A DNA stretch of 64,000 bases from Eledone cirrhosa (Eukaryota): positions 43,152,001 to 43,216,000 of the forward strand of contig OZ024749.1 in NCBI GenBank assembly GCA_964016885.1, given 5' to 3'. The translations under genes were made by a program, and so were the position numbers. Every line of letters begins with the position of its first letter. Positions within the stretch are counted from its first letter, which is position 1. The notes below the pieces were generated by a model. That model was given only the letters and a program-made list of their open reading frames with translations, did no database searches and was not told the DNA's origin. Shown here one piece after another: positions 14,808 to 29,381 of the stretch.

Positions 14808-15093
14808 CTCTCTTTATCTGTGTAGTATACGAACAAACAATAAGATGATCGAAAAAGTTCCAATTACTTATTTTACTATCAATACTAACAAATAGTGTAT
14901 CGATCGTGATTAAGCTATTATTCTGATGAGGATTCCATTCCAGGCAGCCCATTGCTTAACAACACAATGTTTACTATTTGACGTTAGCGTTTATATTTAG
15001 TAGAACATGTTGCAATAATGTTGGGTTTTGTGAGCGAAAGAGAGAAGACCTCGAGAGATTGCCAGACATGACAAGTATGAAGCAAGCAAACTC

Positions 15094-15194
<101 letters not shown>

Positions 15195-15350
15195 AAAGTT
15201 ATATTTATAATTGTTGGGTTACAACTAGTAAATATTTATAACTGGTATAAAAGCACTCGACAAATTATTCAGCCAGCGTAAACCTCTTCAAATGAAGTCG
15301 GTGTTATAACGGTATGTCGAACCTATTTATCTATAAAACTGTTTATATTG

Positions 15351-15416
15351 TATTTTGTCTGATGAAGGCATAGCATATTGTTGATATGATATCCCCGAAA
15401 TATATATAATGAAATA
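15351..15416 (+). ncRNA. Type I hammerhead ribozyme (Penelope-type)
   Basis: Stem I UAUUUUGU/AUGAAAUA; CUGAUGA; stem II with CAUAU/AUAUG; GAAA; stem III AU-AUAU-AU; predicted AUA cleavage after 15408. Confidence 0.75.
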
Positions 15417-16114
15417 AATATGGTTTTATAAATATAGTTTTCCATTTATTTAATATTGTATATATATATATACACGTACACACGTACATAAACACATATA
15501 TACATATACACCTATACACATATATACATATACACATACACACATACAGATATACACATATATAGATTAAGGCCTGAACCAAAACGAAGCCATCCCAGGA
15601 GTGTTCGTTTCGTTGGTCAGGGGGGGCTAACTTTTTCGACTCTGCCGGAGAAAGGGAATTGGAAATAGCATATCTTCCCCATTCTCTCTGTTTCTCCCCC
15701 TCTGTCTTGTCCGTTAACTCTTCCTCACACTTTCACTCACTCACTGTTTTTCTCCCTCTTCTCTTCATTTCATCCTGCACTCACGGACGCTATTTTTTCT
15801 CTCTCTGCTCAATGGCCTTCGTTCGTGCTGGACTATTCTTTCCCTAGCGCTCATATATTCACCTAGCTTACGCTAACAGAATAATTTTTGAAGCTTGTTT
15901 CTCTCCCACGGTATGCTATCTTTTCTGTTGTTCTCCTGTCTCACTCGCTTTACGCGTTTTAATTGTCCTAATAACTTATTTTGGTTATTATTGCACCGAA
16001 GTGAGATATATGATTTTTAATGCAATGAAATATCTATGATCTTCGGCAAATCACTGATGAGGGACGTATTTTACTACATGTTACCATGTGCTACCTGCAG
16101 TATTTTTCTCTATA

Positions 16115-16154
<40 letters not shown>

Positions 16155-16163
<9 letters not shown>

Positions 16164-16380
16164 TAAGATCAAAAGATGGTTAAAGGAGTTCCATGTATTT
16201 TATTATGCGCATTTCAAAAACAAACATCATCATGCAATAATATTTGTGTTTTCATCAGATAAAACAGGAGAACATGATATGAAGGCTAAAAAGCACTTGT
16301 GGATAGTGCAGTTTTAAATCAACGTGCGCATAATAAAATACATGGAACTCCTTTAACCATCTTTTGATCTTATATATTAT
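16155..16380 (-). mobile_element. Penelope-pLTR-like module with an inverted copy of its 3' end
   Basis: About 55-bp inverted arms (16155-16211 / 16325-16380) with a hammerhead overlapping the left arm; abuts (TA)n. Confidence 0.7.
16198..16264 (-). ncRNA. Type I hammerhead ribozyme
   Basis: Minus strand: UUUUAU CUGAUGA [long stem II] GAAA UGCGCA UA AUAAAA; palindromic GCGC loop 3; predicted AUA cleavage between 16204 and 16203. Confidence 0.85.
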
Positions 16381-16463
16381 GTATACTCCAGTCCTACAAA
16401 TTGTAGAGTGCTTCTTATCCGATATCTGCATTGCTTTATTGTACTACAATAAAACTCACCTCC

Positions 16464-16530
<67 letters not shown>

Positions 16531-16532
<2 letters not shown>

Positions 16533-16700
16533 CGAAGGAAATGTGGTAAGGAACCAGGTGGACCATAACGCACCAAAGTACTCAATACTTAGGGTAGTAG
16601 AGTGGGTAATAGGAACGAGTGGGACCCCGACGGCTGAGCTCAAGCCGTTTCGAGCCGTCGAAACGGCTTGAGCTCAGCCATCGGGGTCCCACTCGTTCCT
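16531..16700 (-). mobile_element. Family A Penelope-pLTR-like module with hammerhead 3' half and fold-back
   Basis: CGAAACGGC-uugagcuca-GCCGUC-GGGGUC (stem III plus GUC site); near-perfect palindrome 16611-16700; embedded in (TA)n. Confidence 0.75.
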
Positions 16701-17494
16701 ATATATATATATATATAAGGGGAAGCGGGTGCATATAGACATGCTTATATGTATAATTGTACCCATGCATACATACATTCACCCTCTCATGTATGCAGGT
16801 ATATATTAAAATCCTACTACGATTGCAGACATGCCCTAGTTATTAAGATGTTTGCCTCGCCGTCCTACAACGTGGTATGCTAGGAAATCACACAACGTGG
16901 TATGCTAGGAAACCACATTTTACCATAGCTATACCGACTGGGAAGATTATGCTTCATAATAACACCAAATATAATCGAAAAACGTCTGTTGGCTTTCATG
17001 ACAAGATCCACTCCTGGTTGTACGATATTCATTTTCTAAATAATTAGATAAGCTGATATCATCATCGGCCTATATCCATCATGTTTGTGCTTTCATATTT
17101 CAAATAAACTTAAATGGAAAGTGTTGTCTTCTAACTGCAAGGGAAATCTTTGTGAAGCAAAATTCTTTAATACAAAATATTAGCTGTGCGTGACTGTGCA
17201 CTATGTGTATATACTCGATTAAACTGAATTCAATTCTTTCTGAGTCAAAAGAAATATAATTAATTATATATGTAAATCTATCTATATATCTTATAAATAT
17301 AACAACAATTAGAACGGTTTTAAACCTATGACAGGACTGATTAAAATGGACGAGAAATCAACGTGACTGCATTTGTACAATATATATAGCGTGTTATTTT
17401 AAAATGTATTAATTTGCGAAACATTTTAGCGTAAACGTCTTACTAATGTATCAATATATCAATAAATTAATATTGCAGTAATATAGAAGAGAAT

Positions 17495-17533
<39 letters not shown>

Positions 17534-17573
17534 AGAAAATATCATATATATAGATAATATAGAAGAAAATATC

Positions 17574-17605
<32 letters not shown>

Positions 17606-18308
17606 AAAGAATATCATATATATATATTATATATATATTTATATATATATATATATAATATAGAAGAGAATGTCATATATATATATTATATATATATTTA
17701 AATATATATATTATATATATATTTAAATATATATATTTATATATATATATTTATATATATATATATGTATATATATACATGATATGTATATATGGAGAGA
17801 GAGAGGGAGTATAAACGGTAAATTAAGAAAGATGTACTTATACATTATGAATGTATTATTCTCTTGAAGGAAGTCCAGCTTATTTAAACGACACTTCAGT
17901 ATAATATTCAAGAAGGCACATTGTTCACTCACGTAATACTTTGAGATTATTCAACACGCTGTACGAGGCAGGGAAGTCGCATGCTGAGTGAGGGTCAACA
18001 TGATATAATAACAAACCGAAGACATCTATTTAGGAGTAGAACACTTGTATTTCCTTACACAATTTAATTATTTAACGTGCTGTAAATAGCATGATGTCGT
18101 ACAGCATACCATTGTAAACACCGAGTTCATTACACTTTTCATTCGCATATAAATAGTTTGTGTATACATCAAAGTTCAAATACGCAATCACACATACATT
18201 GTATATATATATTTGAGGATTTTCTATAAATAAATGCTTCTCAGAATTTAATTTATTTTAGCAATATTTACATTGAGATGAATAATAGTGAAAAACTTTA
18301 CTTACGTT

Positions 18309-18340
<32 letters not shown>

Positions 18341-18342
<2 letters not shown>

Positions 18343-18606
18343 AAGGCGGGTAAAATTCCAGAGATCCATGGACGAGTTCTCTCCAGCGGTCTCTGTCCCT
18401 CATTATCGCTGCCATATCCTGCATATCCAACAGACCAGTGTCTGTCCTTAGGGCATCAACATATGTTAACCTTGGTCTTCCTCTTCTAGTGTGTCCATGT
18501 AGGGGCTCCCAAAGGAGCACTGAGTGCAATGTCAACTCTCGATGTCGGTGAGCATGTCCAGCCAACCTCAGTCTCCTCTGTGTCACTTTTGAGCTGACTT
18601 TTGGCA
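18341..18606 (-). mobile_element. RTE-clade LINE 3' fragment (ORF C-terminus)
   Basis: RRLRLAGH..R..LLWEP.HG...RGRPRLTYVD.L..D.G......MRDRDRWR is a typical RTE C-terminal motif; stop codon abuts (TA)n. Confidence 0.85.
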
Positions 18607-18851
18607 TATATATATATATATATATATGCAAGTACCGTGTAATCATTGAGCGAGTGGCAAGACTCAACGTACTAGCAACAATTCAGTGTGTCTACTTCGA
18701 CACACTCACACCTATATATATAATGATTACACGGGACTTGCATTTCCAAAGTGCCAGTTCGTGATTCAGAGCCCACACATTTAGATATCAATGGTAAATT
18801 CGGGATTATTTGCGGGCATTAAACAATTTAGATTGACCAAACTATAAATAC

Positions 18852-18890
<39 letters not shown>

Positions 18891-18896
<6 letters not shown>

Positions 18897-19070
18897 GTGG
18901 TAACACAACGGTTAGTTCACCGGAGTATTAACCGTTGTGGAACTATGGACTGAGTGTTCTACTACTACGAATATTTATATATCACATAAGAAACGGAGAA
19001 TCAGTGGTGCGACGAATAAGATTTATAAGATTTATTAGACATATTACAATTGTTTCTCTGGCAACCAGCT
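18891..19070. mobile_element. Joined pLTR-like tail fragments
   Basis: 18892-18921 is the reverse complement of the tail after the 46709 hammerhead; tggactgagtgttctac is shared with about 58238; a minus-strand GAAACAAUUGUA half-ribozyme is shared with about 29980 and 59050. Confidence 0.55.
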
Positions 19071-19110
19071 CAAACGGCATACCGCTTACGGACGCTTAGC
19101 ATCCCACACC

Positions 19111-19191
<81 letters not shown>

Positions 19192-19652
19192 TGTGAGATT
19201 GAAGGGTACAGTGCATACGGAAATGTAAATGTAATGTATGGACGTGTGAGTTATCTTCTAACCTGGACGGCCAATGTTTTGTAAGACGTTCAGAAGATGT
19301 ATACGTTCATACAATAGTCTTGAGTCAGTGAAGCTGTAGAAGAGTAATGGGATCTCTACGCTGTGACTATTGACACGAGGTAAGACGGTTAGGTCATAGT
19401 GCATGTACACATATATATATATATATTTGAATCAATATTATTTTTAGCAAATCTGAAATACGCAAATCTAACTGCTCACATCTGTTATAGCCGTCCATTC
19501 TTTCATTGAATAGATCATGACAGCTCTACCTCTATGTACAGCCCTTGTTGAATGGAAATGACCTACCATACAGTATTATTTCAATATCATTGTCTATGGT
19601 TTTGAAAGAAAGATACATAGAATGATTTCAAACAACCAGAACGGCAACACAA

Positions 19653-19721
<69 letters not shown>

Positions 19722-21559
19722 GTGTCTGGAGCTTATCTCTCAAATTAGAGCCTTCAAATATCACTATTATTATAGTTACGTTTGTCAGAAAGTATGCCTT
19801 GTGGAGTATATGTATCGACAAATCATTTTCTACACGTAAGTGAGATTAATCAGGGTTTTGAGAAGATTATTTCTATTTAAACATTGTTGTTAACTGTTAT
19901 AACAGTCTTATAAAATTTAAAAATAAAACATTAAAATAATAAAATAATGTGTAAAACTAAAAGTAACATCATTATCGAATACGAGTGAATCGATTGATAT
20001 TCTTCAAAACTTCCACTGGGAAATCTAGAATTACATGTATTTTAAAAATCCAGAACATTAGATGTTCGCTATTTTCAGATAACCTTTCGCTTAATCTTTA
20101 ATTTCTTCCTTTTCCACATACAATATCTATAACGCGTTTGTCATACCGCTCGTAAATCTTCGATAAAACCCGCTAGAGATATAAATAGTATATACAAAAA
20201 AAAAACAATAAAATAAAATTTCCCTTGTTTTTGTAAACGTTAAAATCTTTCTTCAGATATCAGCTTTTTACATGTTAAAGTGTAACGAAAGAAAACATGA
20301 ATAAAAACCGTTGTTTGAAAGGGACATAATTAGACAATGATATACCGCCATTGTTTATTACTACTGTTTTAATATATTTTCATTTGTTCTTTTTATATTT
20401 CTCTTTTAAAATTGTTAATATTATAATCTCCCGCTATTTTTTTCTGATATGGAACCGTCTATATCTCCTGAGGCCTCTGTTTGCACGCATATCTAATTTA
20501 ATATGAACTATAAAAACATTTTTTTTTAAAATACATCTATGGAAATATAATATCAAATATGAAAATTGGGAAATAAAGAAAATACAAAGGTTAAAAATGT
20601 GTATTATATATTTACAGTTTTTTAAATTTAAAATGTCTGTTGTTTTTCGCTATAGCTGAAATTACTGATATTAATCAAATATTATTTTAGTAAAGTTATA
20701 ATGTTTCAATTGCATGAATGCCAGTAGTTCTATTGCAAAATAAAACAAAATTATAAAGAAAATTAAAAACTAATTAATAATATAAATAATATAACAAAAT
20801 ATTTAAAAAAAAACAAGAAAAATTCGAAATAATTGTTTGAGCGGAAAAACAACATATTCTAGGAGTCAGGCTTTACCTTTGGGGTGAGAGATAAACCATT
20901 TGCTTTATTCAGTGAATGTGCACTGAACTCAAACATGTAGCAGAATTTCATGAATGAATATTGGAAAATTACAAAAGTATTACCGATGAGATTTAAGGAA
21001 CTTTATTTTTTTTATCTAGAGATGGACATCATGAAGGACTTAATAAAATAGCCCACTGTATGATTTGCTTTGAATCTTCCATATCAGGCTACCAATGAAG
21101 CACATAATTTTACGGTTTGATTACCAGATAAATCAACATAAAAATCAAGGAAGAGTTAAGAATAGAAATGTTAGTAATAATAATTAATCACAGTAAAATA
21201 CGCAGTTGGTGTATGTTGTACGATACAGCTTTCAGTAATGGTTTCTAACCGTAAAACCACGTTTGTTGATCTCGAGTGTAATATTCGTGTCGGCGGTGGT
21301 TGAGTTGCTGCTTTGTGCCATGACAACCCTGAACGAGCAGATCTATGATAAAAAAAGACATCTCAGCATATTCAATTTTCTCTGCATTTTCAAAGATTTG
21401 CGACCCATTCACTCGGTTCCGCCGTGGAGAAGCTGAGGTATCCATATTTTAAGAGATATATAACGTGCTAATATATTCATAAATAGTATTATAGTGGAAA
21501 TGAGTTAGTGATGAGTTTGCAAAGTGTACTACTAAAATATTGAACTCAGGAAATTTCAC

Positions 21560-21845
21560 CGTCTTCGCCCACATTTTCATGTGGGGGTCCTGAGATCAGA
21601 GTCCTTAAACACTCCTTCCAGGTGGTCCTGTCTGACGCAACTCCTTCCAATTCATGAAGCCTAACTCACTCACGGATGTTATCGAACGATCTTGTTGGGT
21701 TATAGACATGGGTCTCCTGCCGGTTGCTTTTGCCCATAAAATCTGTCCAGCGATTCTTTCCTGAGTCATTCGAACTACATGCCCGCAGTATCGGGGCTGT
21801 GATCCCTCAATTCGGAGATGTAGCGGCTCTACTACGAGCAACCCT
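21560..21845 (-). mobile_element. Degenerate RTE LINE 3' fragment
   Basis: VEPLHLRIEGSQPRYCGHVVRMTQERIAGQILWAKATGRRP resembles the RTE LRWFGHVVRM...GRRP motif. Confidence 0.8.
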
Positions 21846-21870
21846 GATAATAATAAATATCTCTATCTCT

Positions 21871-21926
<56 letters not shown>

Positions 21927-22599
21927 CTGATATAATATTCTTCCCAATACTTTGTAATTTACATTAAACTTCCAATTACATGTTTAATTTCAATTTCCAA
22001 TTATTGAACATTAATTTCCTTTAAGCCACCTTATATACATTTGTGTGCGCGTGTCTGCGTGCGAGTGCGTGTGCGTGTGCGTGTGTGTGTGTTTTTTTTC
22101 TTGGATCCCACTAAACGAATCCAAAATGAATTAAACATTCAATTAATTTACATATATTTCGATTTCATGGAAAACGTAATTCTGGTCAACTATTCGTGAA
22201 ATCGCATCCTTCAGTACAGTAATCATATGAATGTATGTTTAACTCCATCGGTTTCGATGAGCAGTGTTCCAGTATTTCGAACGACGAAACTTTTGGAAAT
22301 AAATTTCCAGGTAGGTGATCATTCCAAAAGCACGTGCACCTTTAACGTATTTCTCCATGAAAATATGTTTCACAAAGATGCGAATTTGCGTTAGGTATAA
22401 CTCAGATTTGCCACGTGCCTGGACAGGATCAACGTCAAATAAAATATCTTGCTCAATGGCATACCCCTCCACCAGGAATTGCAATCAGGAGCTTACGGAT
22501 CGAACACCATACCCACTAAACCACTTGCCTACAAACCTATGTAAAATCCGCACAATTATACTTAGATGTGTGTTTTTTCTTCTTTGCTCACTTATTTCT

Positions 22600-23100
22600 G
22601 GGAGGGTCATGGGGAGCAGAATCATGAAAGACGCCTCCCAGTTGGTCCTGTGAGAAACACCTGTTTCTCATCGATCAGGCTGGATCCCCAAAACGAAACC
22701 AGCCGAGCTCATGGATGTTATCCAGCCATTTGAATCGGGATCTATCCCTGGGTTTCCTGCCAGTCGGCTTGGACCGTAAAATCTTCTCCAGCAATTCGTT
22801 CCTTAAATATTCTGACCCCGTGTCAGTATTATCGGAACTATGATCTCTCATTTCAAAGACATCCTACCTACAATGTCTCTCTGATCTCTATCAAGTAATG
22901 TTACTTCAAAGACCCTTCGGAGGAACCCTATTTCGGCCTCGTGTATTCGCGATTTCAATGTTTCGGCCACTACCTCGAATAACGAATTGAAAATGCTGAG
23001 TTTGGCTTTTACAGTTACCTCCCTTGTTCTGAAGACCGTATGCATTACCACACCAACTCCTGCATTTCCTGCATTTTATTCAGCCTCATGCCTTACATCA
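22600..23100 (-). mobile_element. Degenerate RTE LINE fragment
   Basis: KAKLSIFNS..KSRIHEAEIGFLRRV..VTLLDR, followed by a GRKPRDRSRFKWLDNI-like segment. Confidence 0.75.
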
Positions 23101-24064
23101 CTTGAGGCATTTTAGGCAAGTGATATATCCTTTCCATTACACAATTGCTTGTAGCTATTTTTGAGTAATCCTTTCTAATATCAATCCGATACCTTTCGGC
23201 TTCATTTGGCACAATTAGAATATTTAATTATATGTAATCAACCTTTTAAACGAAATGTTAATTCATGTTTGAAATTCAGTTAGTTTATTTTTTCTTTCCG
23301 GCATTTTAAATTTTATTGAGAAATCCATCGAACGCGAAATACACAGTTAAAATTAAAAGAGTTAAGTTCAGTTATTTTGCTAAATAACGACGACTGCGAC
23401 AGATTTATAAATTAAAATATTCCAGCATTAGCTCAAAGAATAATAATCAAATTAGAAGAAAATTTGTTTGTAATGTAATTAAATAGTTAAACTCTCATGA
23501 GAAATCAAAGATTTAATTGTAATTTACATTCAGCTTTTCATTCCATTAATATAGTTAGATACAGTTTCGCAATGCTTAGATCAATATGCAACTCGTTTTA
23601 ATATTTAATTAAAGACATTTTATCCGGTATATGTTTCTGATATTTGATTTCTACTTTCTTCTAATAGAATTCACTGCGCCCTCTGCCTTCTCAGTGCACA
23701 ATCAAATATTATTTGATTAGGTCGTACATCCAGCAGAATTGGTTTCCTTTTAATTAGTCTTCCATGGCAAATCACTTATATACGTATGCATGTGATATGG
23801 TAAGGCATAAAAGGGTTCTATGTAAATAAAATACAAAACTAATTAAATAACACGTATGAATCGCAGGCGTGTAAATGTCAAACCTATTCCTATTGTTTTT
23901 AAACACATATGGTATTTGGTAGAGGTCATACAGATGTATATGCACGCACACACAATTATATATATATACATGTATACACGTGTGTGTGTCTGTGTGTATG
24001 TGTGTGTGTGTGTGTGCGTATACATGTATATATACTATATGAGAATATGCATATATATATGTTA

Positions 24065-24418
<354 letters not shown>

Positions 24419-25099
24419 AAAATGAGTGTTTTTTTTTAAATGAAAAAAAAAAAACGAGATGTCCTACACGAGTGAAAGTATAAGGAAAAAAAGATGAAAT
24501 CACAGATGCGAGAAAAACCACAAACCCTCCATCACAATTCCACTTTTGAAAAACATAAGAACTGTGAAACCGGTAAAGGAGACATAAATATTCTTAAAAA
24601 GACTCCAGTTGCATTTTCGATTTCATATTTTTGATATATAAATGAATGTATGTATAATATATTTGGCAATATACTGTATGTTTAATTAAAAACATTTTGA
24701 AGACCATTCGCTATGAGTTTTGAAGAAGTGGCTTTCACCTATTCTTGGCAAAAACACATACATATATACACACATACAATGTACATATTTATACGTGTTT
24801 GTGTCTACACATACATCTCTCTCTTTCTCTCTCCTTCTCTCCCTCTCTCATATATATATATATTCATCAATGTATAAATACATACATGTAAGTATTTATG
24901 TTTACTTTCTATTTTAGTCGAAAGTCTCTTAGGTATAACTGGCCCATTGTCCGCGAGATGTTCAGTTGTTAAGTAGTTTTGTCCTCACATCCATCAACAA
25001 TTGACAATGCAATTCACCCAACCGTTTTATATGAAACTGCTTGATCTCTTCATTTCTTTAAAGTTCACACTTGTGCCATTTACCACTTTACTCCTTCTC

Positions 25100-25165
25100 C
25101 ACACTATGTCACTATTTACTCTTTCTCAGGTTATTTGCTCTTTCTTTCTCTCCTCCTTAGTTCAA

Positions 25166-25197
<32 letters not shown>

Positions 25198-25740
25198 ATA
25201 CACACAATCTCTTCTTACACATGCCCTCGCATACACTCACTCTTCCCTTCCTAGATTTCTATATTTTGCTCTTTCTCTTTCCCCTCCTTTTTTCTCTTTC
25301 GTTCAGCCTCTCTGTCTCTCTGTTTCTCCGTCGCTCCCTCTCTGTCTGTCTCTGTCCCATCCAAACACTTCCCTCAGTTTCGCTCCCGCGTACCCACTCA
25401 CACTTCCTTTCCTATATCTCTATATTTTGCTTTTTCCCTCTCCCTCCACTACTGTCTCTCTTTCGTCCAATCTCTCTGTCTCTCTCACACACAATCCCTT
25501 CCCTCACTTGCTCTGTCACAGACACACACTCTTCCCTTCCTTGGTCTCTATTTTGCTATTTCTCTCTCCCCCATTTCTTTTTCGTTCAATCTTTCTCTCT
25601 CTTTCTCTGACAAACTCAATCCCTTCCCTCATCTGCTCTCTTGCATACACACTCACACCTCTTGATCACTTATTCAAAAACTCATTCTTTCTCACTATCC
25701 CCCTCTCTGTCTCTGTGTTTGTCTCTCACACATACACAGT
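25100..25740. repeat. Pyrimidine-rich (CT/CA) low-complexity tract
   Basis: Degenerate TC and CA repeats; the 262-aa ORF is L/S/F-biased. Confidence 0.8.
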
Positions 25741-25839
25741 TTTGCATTTAACATATTTACTTTATGTTACTGCATTACTTATAGTTTAGATTTCTATTTA
25801 TTTTATCGTGCTGCTGCCGTTCTATTTGTCACCACTAAC

Positions 25840-26030
25840 ACCACAACCACGATCGTAACCACCACTGACCCCCGCCACCACCATCACAACCACGATCGTC
25901 ACCACCACTTACCCCCGCCACCACCACCACAACCACGATCGTCACCACCACTGACCCCCGCCACCACCACCACAGCCACGATCGTCACCACCACTGATCC
26001 CCGCCACCACCACCACAACCACCACTAACA
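25840..26030. repeat. 43-bp C-rich minisatellite, about 4 copies
   Basis: gatcgt recurs at 25851, 25894, 25937 and 25980. Confidence 0.9.
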
Positions 26031-28698
26031 ACAACAAAAGCACCAATGCCCCTACCACCAAAAATATCGACCAGTATAAATATACAAAAGATGGCTTGTT
26101 TCTTTTCAGGGACTATTGTTTTAAAAATAAACCTCATTTGGTCATTCCACAAGAGAATCTTGGTCAGCCTATGAACTTTTCAGTATGATCATTTTAACCA
26201 ACACTCTTGTAACTCAATACAACATTCCACATATATATTATTTCAACGAATATATTTTGCTATGAACATCTATTCATATGTAAATATTTGTTTTCAACAC
26301 TTATAAAAGCTATTTTAAAACATTGCGGTTATTACCTTTTCTTTTTAAAAAACATTCATACATTCTCAAATATACAGAATAACCCGATTACTAGAACACG
26401 TTAACATCTCTTTATGCAACGCAAAAGCGATTCTCTAGAACGATTTTAAAAAAAATACAAGAAAAAATATTCAAATATTTTGCAGACGTAATTTCAAATG
26501 TTAGAGATACACCGATAAATGTTCAGTCTTGTTTATATTGCAAAAGATATATAATAAATAAGTATATACACAACTACCGTAAGAAAAAAATGATGTAGGT
26601 ACTTTTTGGTGATGAAATTCACAGTAAATAAGATATTATTATTTCTGTCAATAGAGAAGAAACCTCCACAAATTTAGTTATAACTTCAACTAGAACTTTC
26701 ACAAACTTCAGCATTAAAATACAATCTAAAAGACAAAACCATTTATAACGAATGGAAGAGGGAGAAAGAAAAAGAAAAAAAAACATTACATCGCTAGGGA
26801 CATAAAAGATAGGAAATCTGTAATTGAGAAACAAAGATGGAAATATTTAAAATGGAGTAACAAATTGAATATTTTCTATGTGTTTTTTTAATTTGTTTTG
26901 TGCTGTTTTCTTTCCTTTCTGTTTTCATAATAGTGAGTGTCTTATGTTTCGGAAAATAATTTTACATTTGCATTCAGAGCTTTTGAAATGTCCATGAAAA
27001 CACGTTTACACTCATTGTTATTATAAATATGATAAAACTAAAGGAATGTTGCGTTTCTCATATTTTAATATCTTGACAATAATTTTTTATGATATTTTAT
27101 GGGGGAAAAATGTCCTATTATGAAGAATGTTTCATTACAGGCTTTATGTAAAAGAAGATCCTATAATCATAACATAAGTATATTTAGCAATTGCATTTAC
27201 ATGCATTATAGTATTTACAGGAATATATACACTCACACATATCCAGACAACACCTCTATTCTAAGAAACATACATACATTTAGTGTTATTGATTTCTTGC
27301 GAAAGCCAAAGGGATTATTTTTTATTGTTTATTGAAGGAGGGAGGTTAAGGCCCATAAACGTTTTCGATGTCTCCGGCATTATTATGACACAGACGAGGA
27401 TGTATGCTGAATGTAAGGACTTGCCAGAATACATGCTATAGAAATGACTGATAAATGTGTACAAGGACTAGGCAAATATAGAATTTGAAATCATAAGCTG
27501 AAGAGCTGCAACAAACATTGCTCTAGCGAATCCATTAGTCTACGAAATACTCTCTCGCAGAGTGAAATTGATTGCAAAAAGTGAACTACAGAAGTATTGT
27601 TTCTTAATTTTTAATATAGCTACTGTCTAGAAAAAGTTAGTCACAAACCAATGGTCAATCTGAAGTTGCAATAGTGAAATTTTTCAGAAGAAAGTAACGA
27701 AATACAATAAAAATAAAATGGTGTTGTAGTAAAAAGTTTCCCCAATACCTCAATACACTATTCACGATTGATTTCAAGTGAAACAATATTACTGAAGAAA
27801 CTTTATGAATTATTTAACGTATTTCGAGACTGTATTAGATGGAAGTATTAAGTATTCTGCTTTGTCCAAAATGGAAATTCAGTATAGGAATTCAATAATT
27901 ATTTATGCCAAAAGCTTTTCGAAACAGCTGTTTCAAATTTATGTATTGAAGAATAAAAAGCAGACTGGCTATCGATAGATTCATTTCCTTGCAAGCCTAG
28001 CTGGCTTTGTTCTTCGCAGTAGAGACATGTGAAAATTCTCGATATCTTCCGTTATCATTGTTAAAAAGGGATTTTTGTCAATCGTCTCTGAAATAGGCTT
28101 CATCATTGATGCATGAGATAATAATACGTTGTTGTTGCTTTTTTTTTTTATTATTAAATTGGGTTGTACCTCCTGTTTAAGACAGGACATACGAGGCTAA
28201 TGAACCGCATGATTTGTCGTCAACGGATTTCAACCAATTGGCTATTTTTAATTCATTTTTCGCTCTATGTATTTCAACCAAGACTCTAGATATTTATTCA
28301 ACCAAGGAACAGATTGTCGACCTACATTTATTTATTTTCCCACTTCTTTCACATGGCGTGTTCTATCTCCAATAATTGTCTAAGTGATTGACCGATGGAA
28401 AATGTTTACAGGGTTTGTCCTATATTTCATTTACATTAGTGTAGTATACGAACGGTGCTTATTTCTAAATCACATACAGAGATATGAATGAAACACAAAT
28501 GGACACATCTGTTATTGCAGTGCTAATGTACGAAAGATACACAATAATATGAATCAAGTAACATTCAAATAAATATTCACTTATTTATTTAAGTATTTAT
28601 TTGAGACAACCAACAACGCGTCGACTACGTACTCTTTTTTCAAACTTTACGCACACACTCATACACATGAATATGTCTGTATGAATATATATACATAC

Positions 28699-28770
<72 letters not shown>

Positions 28771-29381
28771 TCTATAACTATGTATATACATATGCCTGTG
28801 TATTTACGCATATATGTATTTGTGTATATATTAATAGGACGTGAAGGAAAAACTTTGACATTTCATAATTTATTACGATAATAAAATCTGACAGGAACCT
28901 GATTTGGCTTTTATATGAAGGTGGGGATGGTTAAATATAATAACTGTGTCGATAATAATACAGCAAGAGTACACTTCCAATATTATCATATTTTAAAACG
29001 TCCGTCATACTCAATAACAATGTTGAAAGCAATTTAATATTAACTCGAAATGATGAAAAAAAAAATAGATATGGCACATATAATGCAATATATATATATA
29101 TTAAATATATATAAACGGAAAAACTGAAACAAAATTTCATTTCCCACTTTTAGTACGGCTGTTACTTAAATATAAGTATGTACACGTACATACATATATG
29201 TATACAGACGTACAGTAGTATGTATATATATATATACATACATGCACACATATATATATATGTATGTATGGATTCACCGAACATTTATTATAATGCTCGG
29301 TGTGTTTGTAAACAAACATCACGTATTAAGCCGTAGTGTCTAGCAACCATCGTTGCTCGTTTGTTCAACACTGACAAAGGA

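Noticed and set aside
25001-25789. 262-aa hydrophobic ORF
   Set aside because: Pyrimidine-rich low-complexity tract that lacks stops for compositional reasons.
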